From Felis catus (taxonomy: Eukaryota): a DNA stretch of 64,000 nucleotides. Shown here piece by piece: positions 1 to 13,148 of this stretch (position 1 is its first letter; each line of letters opens with the position of its first letter). The notes below the pieces were generated by a model. That model ran no database searches, was not told where the DNA came from, and saw only the letters and a program-made list of their open reading frames with translations. The stretch is from positions 5,828,001-5,892,000 of the forward strand of contig NC_058368.1 of NCBI RefSeq assembly GCF_018350175.1. Direction: 5' to 3'. The translations under genes and the position numbers were made by a program.

Positions 1-250
1 TTGAGATTTTCCGTGCACAAGTCAGTAAATTCCTATCCGAGACAGAGAAAGGGTCTGCACTGGCCCTCACAGAGGGAGATTCTGGGAGCTGGTGCCTGGC
101 CTCTGGGAGCTGGTGTTGCTTTGGGGCCGCCTCTGACTGTGATGTATTGCCTTACTTCAGTGCTATTGCTAAAGTATATCCTTTTCCTGCAATAAACTGT
201 AAATGAGAAAGCTTTGTCACGTTGAGTCCTGTCTCTTTAGCAGTCAAACT
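1..250 (+). mobile_element. 3' portion of an old LTR (MER21/MER77-like)
   Basis: aataaactgtaa...gctttg...ttgagtcctgt...tagc...tcaaac layout typical of these LTR 3' ends. Confidence 0.45.
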
Positions 251-251
251 T

Positions 252-363
252 AGGATGACCACTCCATCCCTGTTCACCCAGGGCTGTCCTGATTTTAGCA
301 CTGGAAGTCCAACATCCCAGGAGAACCATCAGTCCCAGGCAAACGGGCATAGTTGGTCATCCC
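252..363. mobile_element. MER94-like hAT MITE
   Basis: Inverted ends aggatgacca.../...ttggtcatcc and internal ttttagcactggaagtcc...cagtcccaggcaaac. Confidence 0.65.
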
Positions 364-1367
364 AACATTTGTGCAAGTATATTTCCCCTTCTTCCTTACC
401 CACTCCCACCCCACATTTCAAATATTCAGTTAAAAAAAAATTCCATTAGTTGTTCTGTGTTCGGGACATTTAAGCAAATCAAAGAAAAAAGACTGTGCTC
501 CAAGTTTAAGTTGAAGAAAGGTAGAGAGAAGGCAACAGCTTCAAGTGGATGAAAAAGAAATCAAGGATTCTACTTGAGGTGAGAAATGGGAGAGGAGATG
601 AGTAGTAGAAACAGAAGATCTGAGGATCCTTGGATGGATTGAAGAAGGATGCCGTATTTTCCCTAGTAGTCTGACTGTGGTTCTATCTAGTTTTATTTGA
701 ACACCAGAGGAAGGAAGGATTTGAGCAGCTGGAGGAGGTGAGAGCACCCAGAACTGCAGCCTTGAGCGGCGCGATTAGAAATGTAGCAGTGCTCTCTCCC
801 TCCTTCCGTCCCCCGAGGCCCATGAGGAGGGGACATCCATGGCCGTGGCCACAGGGGTATGGGCCTCAGGTCAGCAGAAAAGATGGATATTCTTGGAGGG
901 GGGATTCCCTTCCGGGAGCATGGCAGCTGCATGGGATTCGCGGGGTCCCTCTTGCTTGTGCCCAGGATACGTTGGGAAAGGCAAGGTCAGGGGGAGAGGC
1001 ATCTGGACAGCTTCACTGCCTGGCTCATCGCGGGGGGGGGGGGGGGGGGGTCGGGTTCCACTGCGTTTGTTCTCCTTAACGAGGAAAATTGCAACTTTCT
1101 AAATATAAATGACACACATAAAAGGGGAAGGACTCACTTTTCTAAGAAGGTGTTGGTGTTGTTTCCCCTAAAGGCACACAAAATTGTGACGAAGTTGGCT
1201 TCTCAAAGTCCTTGGGTCTAAGTTTATTATCTTGTTTTAGGGGCATAAACTGGTTGAAGTAGGTTTGCTCTTATTTTCAACTTGGAAGTCCAATAAACTG
1301 TGCTGCCCAAAATAGGAAAATAAATTGTAGATACTTAAATAACTGGAGATTTCTTAATCCTGGGTCC

Positions 1368-1650
1368 TTTTTTTAAGGTTGAGATATAGTTGACATAACA
1401 TTATATTAGTATCAGGTGTACAAGGTGATGACTCAATATTTGCAGATACAGCGAAATGATCACCATTGTTGTGACTTACTGGTCTAGTTAACATCCATCA
1501 CCACACAGGGCTACAATTTTTTGTGGGTGTGGTTAGAACTCTTAGGTCTACTACAGCAACTTTCAAATATACAATTCAGTATCATTAACTGTATCATGTT
1601 ATACATTGTATTCCCAGGACTTATTTATGTAGTGGGATTGTTCTTTGTGT
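1368..1650 (-). mobile_element. L1 3'-end fragment (L1MA/L1_Carn-like)
   Basis: gagatatagttgacataac...aactttcaaatatacaat...ccccaggacttattta-like L1 3' UTR motifs. Confidence 0.7.
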
Positions 1651-1904
1651 ATCACCTAGAAAATTCAGTAAGTTTTGACTAAAATCATCTATTTTCCAAA
1701 AATGAGTTGTAGATACATAAAAGGGACTGACAGAGCAGCCATTTATATAAAAATAATGCCATTCAAGATGGCAGACAAGGAGTTTTGCATTTCTAAGAAG
1801 GATCACTGCCTAAAGTATCATTTGACACGGTGTCATGCAATTTATGATGGGTGGGGGCATTTACTCCAATCTGAAAAACATGATTTCTTTTTCAATTAAA
1901 AATA

Positions 1905-2112
1905 GGGTACCTAGGCGGCTCAGTCAGTTGAGTGTTCGACTCTTGATTTCAGCTCAGGTCATAATCCCGGGGCTGTGGCATTGAGCCCCATGCCAGTCTC
2001 CATGCTAAGCACGGAGCCTGCTTGGGATTCTCTCTCTCTCTCCCTCTCTCTCTCTTTCCCTCTCTCTCTCCCTCTCCCCCCCCCCCCGCCCCTCTCCCCT
2101 GCTTGTGTTCTA

Positions 2113-2186
<74 letters not shown>

Positions 2187-2220
2187 ATGTATATATAGTA
2201 ATGAAAAATTAAAAAAAAAA
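1905..2220 (+). mobile_element. SINEC (CanSINE) with (CT)n and compound (TA)n(TG)n microsatellite
   Basis: ggctcagtcagttgag...ctcaggtcat head, CT tract, A tail. Confidence 0.9.
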
Positions 2221-2258
2221 TAACCCATCTGGGCACATGATACTCTTTCTTGGCAATT

Positions 2259-2476
2259 CTTTTTTTTAAGTTTTTATTTATTTTTAAAGTTTTATTTATT
2301 TTGAGACAGCACAAGCAGGGGAGGGACAGAGAGAGAAGGAGAGGGAGAATCCCAAGAAGGCTTTGTGCTGTCAATGCAGAGCCCAACATGGGGCTCAATC
2401 CCAAGAACCATGAGATCATGACCTGAGCCAAAATCAAGAGTCAGACACTTAACCAACTGAGCCACCCAGGTGCCTC
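2259..2476 (-). mobile_element. SINEC
   Basis: T tail, gagatcatgacctgagcc, ctgagccacccaggtgcc head. Confidence 0.9.
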
Positions 2477-2502
2477 TTTAAGGCACCTATTAAGGTGCCT
2501 AT

Positions 2503-2900
2503 TTAAATTTTAGTTAATGTACAGTATAATAATAGTTTCAGGTGTACAATGTAGTGATTCAACACTTCCAAAAAATACCTGGTGCTCTCACACCAAGTGC
2601 ACTCCTTAATCCTCATCACCTATTTCATCCATCCCCCCACTACCTCCCTTCTGGTAACGACCAGATTGTTCTCTATAGCTAAGAGTCTGTTTCTTGGTCT
2701 GCCTCTCTCTTTATTTCCCTTTGCTCGTTGGTTTTGTTTCTTAAATTCCACATACGAATGAAATCATGTGGTATTTGTCTTTCTCTGACTGACTTATCTC
2801 GATGAGTGTAATAATCTCTAGCTCCATCCACATTATTGCCAATGGCAAGATTTCATTCTTTTTTATGGCTGACTAATATTCCATTGCATGCATATACCAC
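2503..2900 (-). mobile_element. carnivore L1 3' end
   Basis: ttagttaatgtacagt...tttgtctttctctgactgacttat...aatggcaagatttcattc. Confidence 0.85.
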
Positions 2901-3156
2901 TTTTTTTTTTTCCCCTTCAGATCTAGGGTTAGGGTTAGGATCAGGTTTAGGGTAAAGGTTAATCTTAGGGGCCAGGGTAAGACTATGTCCCTGATATCTT
3001 GGTATTCTTTACATAAACCTGTGACCGTTTACCCTGAGGTGCTAGAAAGGAAGCATCAGTTATGCCTCTGACAATAGTCTTCGATAGCAGAAAATATAAA
3101 AGTCCAACATTATAAGACCTTTTTGATGGCTAGCAAAAATTTGGACTTGAACTTAT

Positions 3157-3590
3157 TTTTTTTTAATGTTTTTATTTATTTTGAGACAGAGAGAGACAGA
3201 GCATGAGCAGGGGAGGGGCAGAGAGAGAGGGAGACACAGAATCCGACACAGGCTCCAGGCTCTGAGCTGTCAGCACAGAGCCCAATGCAGGGCTCGAACT
3301 CATGGACTGTGAGATCATGTACTGAGGCGAAGTCGGACGCTCAACCAACGGAGCCACCCAGGCACCCGTCGAACTTATTTTTTTTTAATCTTTTAATGTT
3401 TTTATTTATTTTTGAAAGAGAGCACGAGCAGGGGAGGGGCAGAGAGAGAGGGAGACACATGGAATCTGAAGCAGGCTCCAGGCTCTGGGCTATCAGCACA
3501 GAGCCCAACACAGGGCTCAACCTCATGAACCGCGAGATCATGACCTGAGCCAAAGTTGGACACTCAGCTGACAGAGCCACCCAGGGACCC
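3157..3590 (-). mobile_element. two tandem SINEC_Fc elements (about 3157-3367 and 3379-3590)
   Basis: Two complete bodies; target motif gaacttat repeated before, between and after them. Confidence 0.9.
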
Positions 3591-3869
3591 ATGAACTGGA
3601 ACTTATAAAAAGAGAATTAGTGCTCATACATTTCAATGTTAACATAAGGGGCATATGATTCCACTCTTGTCTGATGTATCTATAGATGTGTGTATACGCC
3701 CATACACATAAACAGGATCATAGTAAACATGCTATTTTGAAGCTTATTTTTGTCCCCACCTTATAAACTGTGAATATTTTCTCATTTGGGTAAATACTCT
3801 TTTACAACATGATTTTAAATGGTTTCTGGGTATTTAAAATAAGATTATAATGAAATTATAATTTTTAAA

Positions 3870-4285
3870 CATTTAAAAAAATTAATATCTTAGTTAATAT
3901 ACAGTGCAATATTGATTTCTGAAGTAGAATTCAGTGATACATCACTTAAATAAAACACCCAGTGCTCATCACAAGTGTCCTTAATATCCATCACCCATCG
4001 AGCCCGTCTCCCCCCAACCACTACCTCCCTCCATCAACCCTCAGTTTGTTCTCTATCATGAACAGGCTCTTGTGGTTTGTTTCCATTTATTTCTCCCTCT
4101 TCCCATATATTCACCTGTTTTGTTTTTTAAACTCCACATATGAGTGAAATCATATATTTGTCTTTCTCTGATGGACTTATTTTGCTTAGCACAATACATT
4201 CTGGCTCTATCCATGTTGTTACAAATGGCAAGACTTCATCTATTTTGATGGCAGAGTAGTATGCTATTCTATATGTACACAACTC
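3870..4285 (-). mobile_element. carnivore L1 3' end
   Basis: ttagttaatatacagtgcaa...cacccagtgctcatcacaagtg. Confidence 0.85.
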
Positions 4286-4304
4286 TTTTTCTGAGCTAAC
4301 TGGT

Positions 4305-7300
4305 ATATTTTATTTAAAAAATTTTTAATTTATTTAAATTCAAGTTAACATACAGTGTAGTCTTGGCTTCTGCAATAGAACCCAGTAATTGATCGTTACA
4401 AATAACATCCAGTACTCACCCCAACAAGTGCACTCCTTAATGGACATTGCCCATTTAGCCCTTCCCCCCGCTCCACCTACCACACCTCCAGCAGCCCTCG
4501 ATTTGTTCTCTGTATTTGGAGTCTCTGATGGTTGGCCCTCTCTGTTTTTATCTTATTTTTCCTTCCTTTCCTTTATGTTCATCTGCTTTGTTTCTTAAAT
4601 TCCACATATGAGTGAAATTACATGGTATTTGTTTTTCTCTGCCTGACTTATTTCACGTAGCATAATCTACTCTAGTTCCATCCACCTCATTGAAAATGGC
4701 AAGATTTCATTCTTTTTTTTAACACAGAGTAGTGTTCCATTGTGTTTGTGTGCGTGTGTGTGTTGATTCTTCTTTATTCATTCATCAGTGGACATTTGGC
4801 CTCTTTCCATAATTTGGCTTTTGTTGATAGCAATGCTATAAACATTGGGGTGCATGTGCCCCTTCGAATCAGCGTTTTGGTGTCCTTCAGATAAATACCT
4901 AGTAGTGCAGTTGCCAGGTTGTAGGGTAGTTCTATTTTTCATTTTTTGAGAAACCTCCATACTGTTTTCCAGACTGGCTGAGCCAGTTTGCATGCCCACC
5001 AACAGTGCAAAAGGGTTCCCCTTTTTCCACACCCTCGCCAACATCTGTTGTTTCCTGAGTTGTTAATTTTAGCCATTCTGATAGGTGTGAGGTAGTATCT
5101 CACTGTGGTTTTGATTTGTATTTCCCTGATGGGGAGTGATGTTGAGCATCGTTTCATGTGTCTGTCGGCCATCTGGATGTCTTCTTTGGAAAAGTGTCTA
5201 TTCATGTCTTCTGCCCATTTCTTTACTGGATTATTTGGTTTTTGGATATTGAGTTTAGTAAGTTCTTTATAGATTTTGGATACTAACCCTTTATCCAATA
5301 TGTCATTTGCAAATATCTTGTCTCATTCCATTGGTTGCCTTTTAGTTTTGTTATTTCCTTTGCTGTGCAGAAGCTTTTTATCTCGACGGAGTCCCAATTG
5401 TTCATTTTTGCTTTTGTTTCCCTTGCTTCCTGAGACTCGTCTAGTAAGAATTTGCTGTGGCAAGGTCAAAGAGGTTGCCGCCTGTGTTCTCCTGTAGGAT
5501 TTTGTCTCACATTTAGGTCTTTCATCCATTTTGAATTTATTTTTGTGTATGTTCTAAGAAAGTGGTCCAGTTTCACTCTTCTGCATGTCACTGTCCAGTG
5601 TTCCCAGCACCACTTGATGAAGAGACTGTCCTCTTCCCATTGGATATTCTTTCCTGCTTTGTTGAAGATTAGTTGGCTATACATTTGTGGGTCCATTTCT
5701 GGGTTCTCTGTCTTGTTCCATTGATCTATGTGTCTGTTTTTGTGCCAGTACCATACTGTCTTGATTACAGCTTTGTAATACAGCTTAAAGTTCAGAATTG
5801 TGATGCCTACTGCTTTGGTTTTCTTTTCCAGCATTACTTTGGCTATTCGGGGTCTTTCGTGATTCCATACAAATTTTAGGATTGTTTATTCTAGCTCTGT
5901 GAAGATGCTGGTGTCATTTTGATAGGGGTTGCATTGAATGCGTAGATTGCGTTGGGTAGTATCGACATTTTAACAATATTCTTTCAATCCATGAGCGTGG
6001 AATGTTTTTCCATTTCTTTGTCTCTTCCTCAGTGTCTTTCGTAAGCTTTCTATAGTTTTCAGCGTATAGATCTTTTACCTCTTTGGTTAGGTTTATTCCT
6101 AGGTATCTTATGGGTTTTGGTGTAACTGTAATGGGATCAATTCCTTGATTTTCCTTATTGGTGTATAGAAATGCAACTGATTTCTGTACACTGATTTTAT
6201 ATCCTGTGACTTTGCTGAATTCACATATCAGCTCTAGAAGTTTTTTGGTGGAGTCTTTTGCGTTTTCCATGTAGGGTATAATATCTGCGAAAGTGAAAGT
6301 TTGACGACTTCTTTGCCAATTTGTATGCCTTTTGTTTATTTTTGTTGTCTGATTGATAAGGCTAGGACTTTCAGTACTATGTTGAACAACAGTGGTGAGA
6401 GTGGACATCCCTGTCATGTTCCTGACCTTAGGGGGAAAGGTCTCAGTTTTTCCCCATTGAGAATATTAGCTGGGGGTCTTTTGTATATGGCCATTATGAT
6501 TGTGATCTCTTTTTATCCGTACTTTCTTGAGGGTTTTTATCAAGAAAGAATGTCAAATGCTTTTTCTACATCTATTGAAAGGATCATATGGTTCTTACCC
6601 TTCCTTTTATTTATTTTTTTTAAATTTTTTTTAACGTTTATTTATTTTTGAGACAGAGAGAGACAGAGCATGAACAGGGGAGGGGCAGAGAGAGAGGGAG
6701 ACACAGAATGGGAAGCAGGCTCCAGGCTCTGAGCCATCAGCCCAGAGCCCGACGCGGGGCTCGAACTCGCGGACCGCGGGATCGTGACCTGAGCCGAAGT
6801 CGGACGCTTAATCGACTGAGACACCCAGGTGCCCCACCCTTCCTTTTATTAATGTGGTATATCACATTGATTGATTTGCAAATGCTGAACTAGCCCTGCA
6901 GCCCAGGAATAAATGCCACTTGATCATGGTGGATAATTTTTTTAATGTACTGTTGAATTAGATTTGCTGGTATCTTGTTGAGAATTTTTGTATCCAGGTT
7001 CATCAGGGATTTTCGCCTGTAATTCTCCTTTTTAGTGGGGTCTTTAGTTTTGGAATCAAGGTGATGCTGGCTTCATAGAATGAGTTTGGAAGCTTTCCTT
7101 ACATTTCTATATTTTGGAACAGTTTGCTAAGAATAGGTATTAACTCTTCTTTAAATGTCTGATAGAATTCCCCTGGGAAGCCATCTGGCCCAGGACTCTT
7201 GTTTTTCAGAAGTTTTTTGATAACTGATTCCATTTCTTTGCTGGTTAGGGACTATTAAAATTTTCTGTTTCTTGTTTCAGTTTTGGCAGTGTCTGAGTTT

Positions 7301-9920
7301 CTAGAATTTGTCCATTTCTTCCAGATTGCCCACTTTGTTGGCATATAATTTTTCATAGTATTATGTTATAATTGTATTTCTTTGGTGTTGATTGTGATCT
7401 CTTTTGTTTGTGATTTTATCTATGTGGGTCTTCTCTCTTTTCGATAAGTTTGCCTAGGGGGTTATCAATTTTGCTTATTATTTCAAAAAAACCAGTTTTT
7501 AGTTTCATCGATCTGTTCTACTGTTTTTTTTTTTTTTTGGTTTCTATATCATTTATTTCTACTCTAGTCTTTATTATTTCCCTTCTTCTGCTATTTTTTG
7601 GACTTCACTGACTGCTCATTTTCTAGCTCCTTTAGGTGTAAGGTTAGATTGTGTATTTGGGACCTTTCTTGCTTCTTGAGATGGGCCTGAACTGCAATGT
7701 ATTTTCCTCTTAGGACTGCCTTTGCTGCATCTCAAAGGGTTTGGGCTGTTGTGTTTTCATTTTTATTTGCTTCCATGTATTTTTTATTTCTTCTCTAATG
7801 ACCTGTTTAGCCCATTCATTCTTCAGTAGGATGTTCTTTAACCTCCATGTATTTGAGGACTTTCCACATTTTTTCTTGGGTAGATTTCAAATTTTATAGC
7901 ATTTTGATCTGAAAATATGCATGGTGTGATCTTGATCTTTTTGTACCTTTTGAGACTGACTTGTGACCCACTATGTGATCTGTTCCGGAGAATGTTCCAT
8001 GTGCACTCAAGAAGAATGTGTATTCTGCGTTAGGATGAAATGTTCTGAATATATCCATTGTTAGGTCCATCTGGTCCAGTGTGTCATTCAAAGAGATTGT
8101 TTCCTTGTTGATTTTCTACTTAGGTGATCTGTTCAATGTTGTAAGTAGGGTACTAAAGACTCCTACTATGGTTTTATTACCAATGAATTTATGTTATTAA
8201 TTGATTTCTGTATTTGGGTATCTCCAAGTTGAGGGCATAAATATTTACAATTGTTAGATCTTCTTGATGATAGATCCCTTACTTATGATACAGTGCCACT
8301 CTTCATCTCTTGTTACAATATTTGTTTTAAAATCTAGTTTGTCTGATATAAGTATGACTACTCTGGCTTTCTTTTGACATCCATTAGCATGGTAGATGGT
8401 TCTCCATCCCTTCACTTTCAATCTGCAGGTGTCTTTAGGTCTAAAATGAGTCTCTTGTAGGCAGCATATAGATGGCTCTTATTTTTTATCCATTCTGATA
8501 CCCTTTGTCTTCTGATTGGAGCATTTAGTCCATTTACATTCAGAGTGATTATTAAAGGATATGAATTTAATGCCACATGTTACCTCTAGAGTTGGTGTTT
8601 CTGGTGATGTTCTCTGGTCCTTTGTAGTCTTGGTTGCTTTGGTCTTCTTTTTTTTTTTTTTTTCCCTCAGAGAGTCCCCCTTAAAATTTCTTGCAGGACT
8701 GATTTAGTGGTCATAAACTCCTTTAGTTTTTGTTTGTCTGGGAAACTCTTTATCTCTCCTTCTATTCTGAATGATAGCCTTGCTGGATAAAGAATTCTTG
8801 GCTGAATATTTTTCTCATTCAGCACATTGAATAGTTCCTGCCACACCCTTCTGGCCTGCCAAGTTTCAGTGGACAGGTCTGTTGCTAACCTTAGGTGTCT
8901 ACCCTTGTAGGTTAAGGACCTTTTGTCTGTAGCTGCTTTCAGAATTGTCTCTTTATCTTTGTATTTGCAAGTTTCACTATGATATGTTGTGGTGTTGACC
9001 TGTTTTTGTTGATTTTGAGGAGTTTTCTGTGCCTTTTGGACTTGAATGCCAGTTTCCTTCCTTGGATTAGGGAAAATTTTCAGCTATAATTTGTTCAAAT
9101 AAACCTTCTTCTTTTTCCCCACTCTTCTTCTTCTGGAACTTCTATGATACAGATATTGTTTCGTTTTATTGAATCACTAGGTTCTCTGAGTCTCCCCTCA
9201 TGATCTAATGGTTCCCTTTTCCTCTTTTTTTCAGTTTCATTATTTTCCATAGTTTTATCTTCTGTCTCACCTGTTCTGTCCTCTGCTTCTTCAATCTTCA
9301 TTGTGACTGTATCCAGTCAATTTTGCATCTCAGTTACAACATTTTTTATTTCAACCTGACTAGTTTTTAGGTCTTTGATCTCTGCAGCAAGGGTGTCTCT
9401 GGTAGCTTTTATGCTTTTTTTTTTTTTCAAGCCCCGCTAGTAGTCTTATGACCGTTGTTCTAAATTCTTGTTCAGATATATTGTTTATATCTGTTTTGAG
9501 CACGTAGAGACTGTGATTTCTTCTTGGCCTTTCTTTTGGGGGAGAATTCCTCTGTCTTGTCGTTTTGTCTGTTTCTGTCTTTTGCGCGTTTTAAAAGCTT
9601 GTTATGTGTGCCGCACCTGAGAATACTGCTATATTAAGAAGGGGTCATACACGGTCCGGGACCTGGCACTTCAGGATGTGTTTCTGGGGTGTGCCGTGTG
9701 CGGTCTGCTGTTGCATTGTGGCTGCTCTTTCCCACCGCTCAGTCCTCTCCCGAGCTCCTCCTTGCCTGCAGTGGGGAGTGTTTGCGCCTTTCACTAGGTG
9801 TGCTTCGGTTTGTTTGTTAGGATGAGGCTTGCACCTGCCATGCTGGCTCCCTCCGACCGTGGAGATCCTTTTGCCAGTCTGCAGATTGATCTCCTGGGCG
9901 CTCAAAGGATCTGACCTCGC
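4305..9920 (-). mobile_element. near-full-length degenerate carnivore L1 (3' UTR, ORF2, ORF1, part of 5' UTR)
   Basis: ORF2 remnants ([62 protein letters not shown]) and ORF1 remnant (LREPSDSIKRNNICIIEVPEEEE); many frameshifts. Confidence 0.93.
6606..6835 (-). mobile_element. young SINEC_Fc inserted in L1 ORF2
   Basis: CpG-rich body; TSD acccttccttttatt on both sides. Confidence 0.93.
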
Positions 9921-10433
9921 CACAGCTGTGTTTCTGTATTTATATTTAAAGTGCATTTCTCGCCACTGCCGTATTGTTGGATCTTGCTTGCTTGTTGAGT
10001 CTGACAATATCTGAGTTTTATTTGGAGTATCTAAACCATATATACTTAATGTAATTATCAGTGTAGGTGGGTTTAAATCCACCGGCTTTCTATTTATTTT
10101 TTATTCCTCTTATTTTCCATCCACCCCCACTTTCCCTGCCTTCTTTTTGATTATTTTTAGTATTCCATTTTATCCAATAAAATGTTTCATTAGATATTCC
10201 ATTTTATTTAAGCTTTTAGTGGTTGTCCTACAATTTACAGTGTACCTCTTTAATTTTTCACAGACTATGTTTAAATAATATGTCATGTAAGATATAGTGT
10301 AGAAACTGTATGGTAATATTCTTTCCTTTTCTCTCTCCCTTCCTTTGTGCTATTGTTGGCATATGTTTTACTTCTACATATGTTATAAACCCTACAATAC
10401 ATTGTTACTAATTGTGCACTAAATAGAAACAAA

Positions 10434-10654
10434 TTTTTTTTTAATTTTTTTTTAATGTTTATTTATTTTTGAGACAGAGAGACAGAGCATGAACGGGGGA
10501 GGGGCAGAGAGAGAGGGAGACACAGAATCGGAAACAGGCTCCAGGCTCTGAACCATCAGCCCAGAGCCTGACGCGGGGCTCGAACTCACGGACCGCGAGA
10601 TCGTGACCTGAGCTGAAGTCGGACGCTCAACCGACTGAGCCACCCAGGCGCCCC
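10434..10654 (-). mobile_element. young SINEC_Fc
   Basis: Consensus-like body; TSD gaaacaaatttttt. Confidence 0.93.
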
Positions 10655-11309
10655 GAAACAAATTTTTTAATTAGAAAATAAAATTCCTTATGTTTATCCA
10701 AGAATTCACCTTTTTGAAGTTTTTTATTCCTTTGTGTAGATCAGATTTTCCATCCCTTATTACCATGTTCTTTCTGCCTGAACAACTCCCTTTAAACCTC
10801 TTCTTTTAGTTCAGGATTGTTAGTGATGAACTCTCAATTTTTGCCTGAAAATGCCTTACCTTCCCCTTTCATCTTGGAGGATATTTTCATTAGCTATAGA
10901 ATTCAGGTTGACAATATTTTTTCTTCTTTCAGCAAATTTCCTTTTGGGCTTCCCTGAGAAGTCAATGATCATCTATTTGCTTTTCCTTTCTTAACTTTAT
11001 AATGTGTTTTTTTTAACCTTCTGGCTAATTTTGAGACTTTCCTCCTCATCCTTGATTTTCAGCAAATTTATTATGCTTCGTTTGTTTGTGTGTGTTTAGC
11101 ATAGCCAAGCTATGCTTCTCAGATCATGCTTGGAAAATTTCCCACTTTTATTTCTTCAGTGATTTTTTTTCTGTTACTTTCTCTATCTGCAATTCTAAAA
11201 ATTGCATGTAACACTGTTTGATATTGTCTTACAGGTAATTGCTCTTTTTCAGTTTTTGTTCAGCCTTTTTCTTTGTGTTTCAGTTTGGATAGTTACTGCT
11301 GTGTTCAAG

Positions 11310-11390
11310 TTTATATATATGTGTGTGTATATATATATATGTATTATATATATTATGTATACGTACATATACATATATATAATATATATA
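11310..11390. repeat. imperfect (TA)n microsatellite
   Basis: Direct reading. Confidence 0.85.
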
Positions 11391-12449
11391 TTTGATTCTG
11401 CAGTGTCTAATCTACTAAACTTATTCAATAAAATGTTCATATTGTATATTCCTTTCAGCTCTAGAAGTTTCATTTATTTCTTCATTTATGGTTTTAATTT
11501 CTTTCCTCATTGTGTTCATGTTATCTTGAAGTCCTTAAACATATTTGTAATAGTTATTTTAAAGTTCTTGTCTGTCAATTCCATTACCTCTGTCAGTTCT
11601 GGGACTGCTTCCATTGACTTTTATTTTGGTTACAGATTAGGTTTTCCTGCTTTGAATATCTATTTGAGTATTTTTGACAAGATGTTGGACATTGTTACTG
11701 TTACACTAAAGTGGATCTGTTTTCTGCTGCTCGAGGGTTTGTTTCTCCTTCCAGGCAGCGAAATTAACTATGGATCCCCCTGATGATTTGGATGCTTATT
11801 TTTAAGCTTTCCTAAGATAAGCTTTGTTAAAGTAAGATTATGGCTCTATAGTAGTTCTTGCTCTAAGTGCTGGCTTAGCCTTACTATTAAGGTATGGCTC
11901 TGGGGTCTTGGTGGAATACCTCAAGTACTCATCAAGCCCTTTCTACCCTATTTGGTTGAATATTGAATCCTGTGGAAGTTGTAGGAATTGTTCAGCTTAA
12001 ACGTCTCCGGTAGCTGTCTTTGCCATCGTCATTGAGTTCCACTCCACATACATGTAGGTGAGCGTCTAGGTATTCACTCTGTGACATCCCTAAAGAAATG
12101 TCTACAGCTCTGTGTATAGCTCCTTTCTCAATAGTACTATAACCAGAAAATATCAGCTGCCTCAGCCTCCCCAAATTTTTAGCTTAGTTTCCCCAGTTCA
12201 CTGAGAGTACTGTGCTTTGTTTGGGTGCTACTTTCCTGTACCTTGGTCTGGAAAATGCCTCTAGGAAGAAAGCCTGGGGAATAGTATGGCTTTTAATTCC
12301 TTTCTCTTAGGGATTATATCCCTATGCTGCCCTTTGTCCAATGTCTGAAAATACTTTTCTCATATATTTTTCCAGTTTTCTAATGGTTTTGAGTAGGAAG
12401 GCATGTCTAGTACATTATGATTGGAAATAGAATTACCCTGTATTATTTT

Positions 12450-12860
12450 TAAAAATAGCTTTATTGAGATTTAAATCACCAATTCATCCATTTAAAGTAT
12501 AGGATTCAATGGTTTTTTAATATATTCATTTTAACATGGGCAACTATTACTGCAGTCAATTTTAGAACATGCTTATCACCTCAAAAAGAAACCCTGTACC
12601 TTTTTGATATTAACCCTTTCCCCTTCATCTTCCCACCAGCACTAAGCAACTACTAATCTCCTTTATATATCTATAGTTTTGCTTATGAACGTCCCAATGG
12701 AATATTATATGTGGCCTTTTATGATTGGCTTTTTTTACTTAGCATGATGTTTTTAAAGTTTATCCATGTTATGCATATATTAGTATTTCATTACTTGTTA
12801 TGGTCAGATAATATTCCATTGTACGGACATACCACATTTTGTTTATCCATTCACGGATAA
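12450..12860 (-). mobile_element. L1MB-like 3' end
   Basis: agctttattgagat...caattttagaacat...aaaagaaaccctgtacc. Confidence 0.75.
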
Positions 12861-13148
12861 CTTTTTGAGATATTAATTAGATTTTTCTCCCCATGTTTTT
12901 CTTGTTGTCTGCATTCAAACAGTTATCAGGCTTTTTGGATTATTTCCTCGGAGGAGTCCTTTGATAGGATAGAAAATAAAGGTTCCACCTTTAAAAATTC
13001 TGGTTTTTGCTTTTAAAAACTCACTAAATAGAATGGGTGTGAGGAAGGGGACTTTGGACTACAGAAGGAATTTGAAAGCTATCTGTTCATTACCTCAACG
13101 TGCCCTGGAATGATAATGTGTTACAGGAGCTGGTGATGTTAGACCACA

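Larger units (their letters stand above)
9925..12430 (-). mobile_element. old L1 (L1M-type) ORF2 start / ORF1 / 5' region
   Basis: Remnant LIITLSIYGLDTPNKTQILSD resembles the ORF2 endonuclease N-terminus; decayed ORF1-like antisense sequence follows. Confidence 0.7.

Noticed and set aside
4778..9301. L1 ORF1/ORF2 peptides as functional genes
   Set aside because: Fragmented by frameshifts, stops and a SINE insertion; inactive element.
11202..11783. 193-aa hydrophobic ORF
   Set aside because: Antisense of decayed L1 plus a (TA)n tract; low-complexity artefact.
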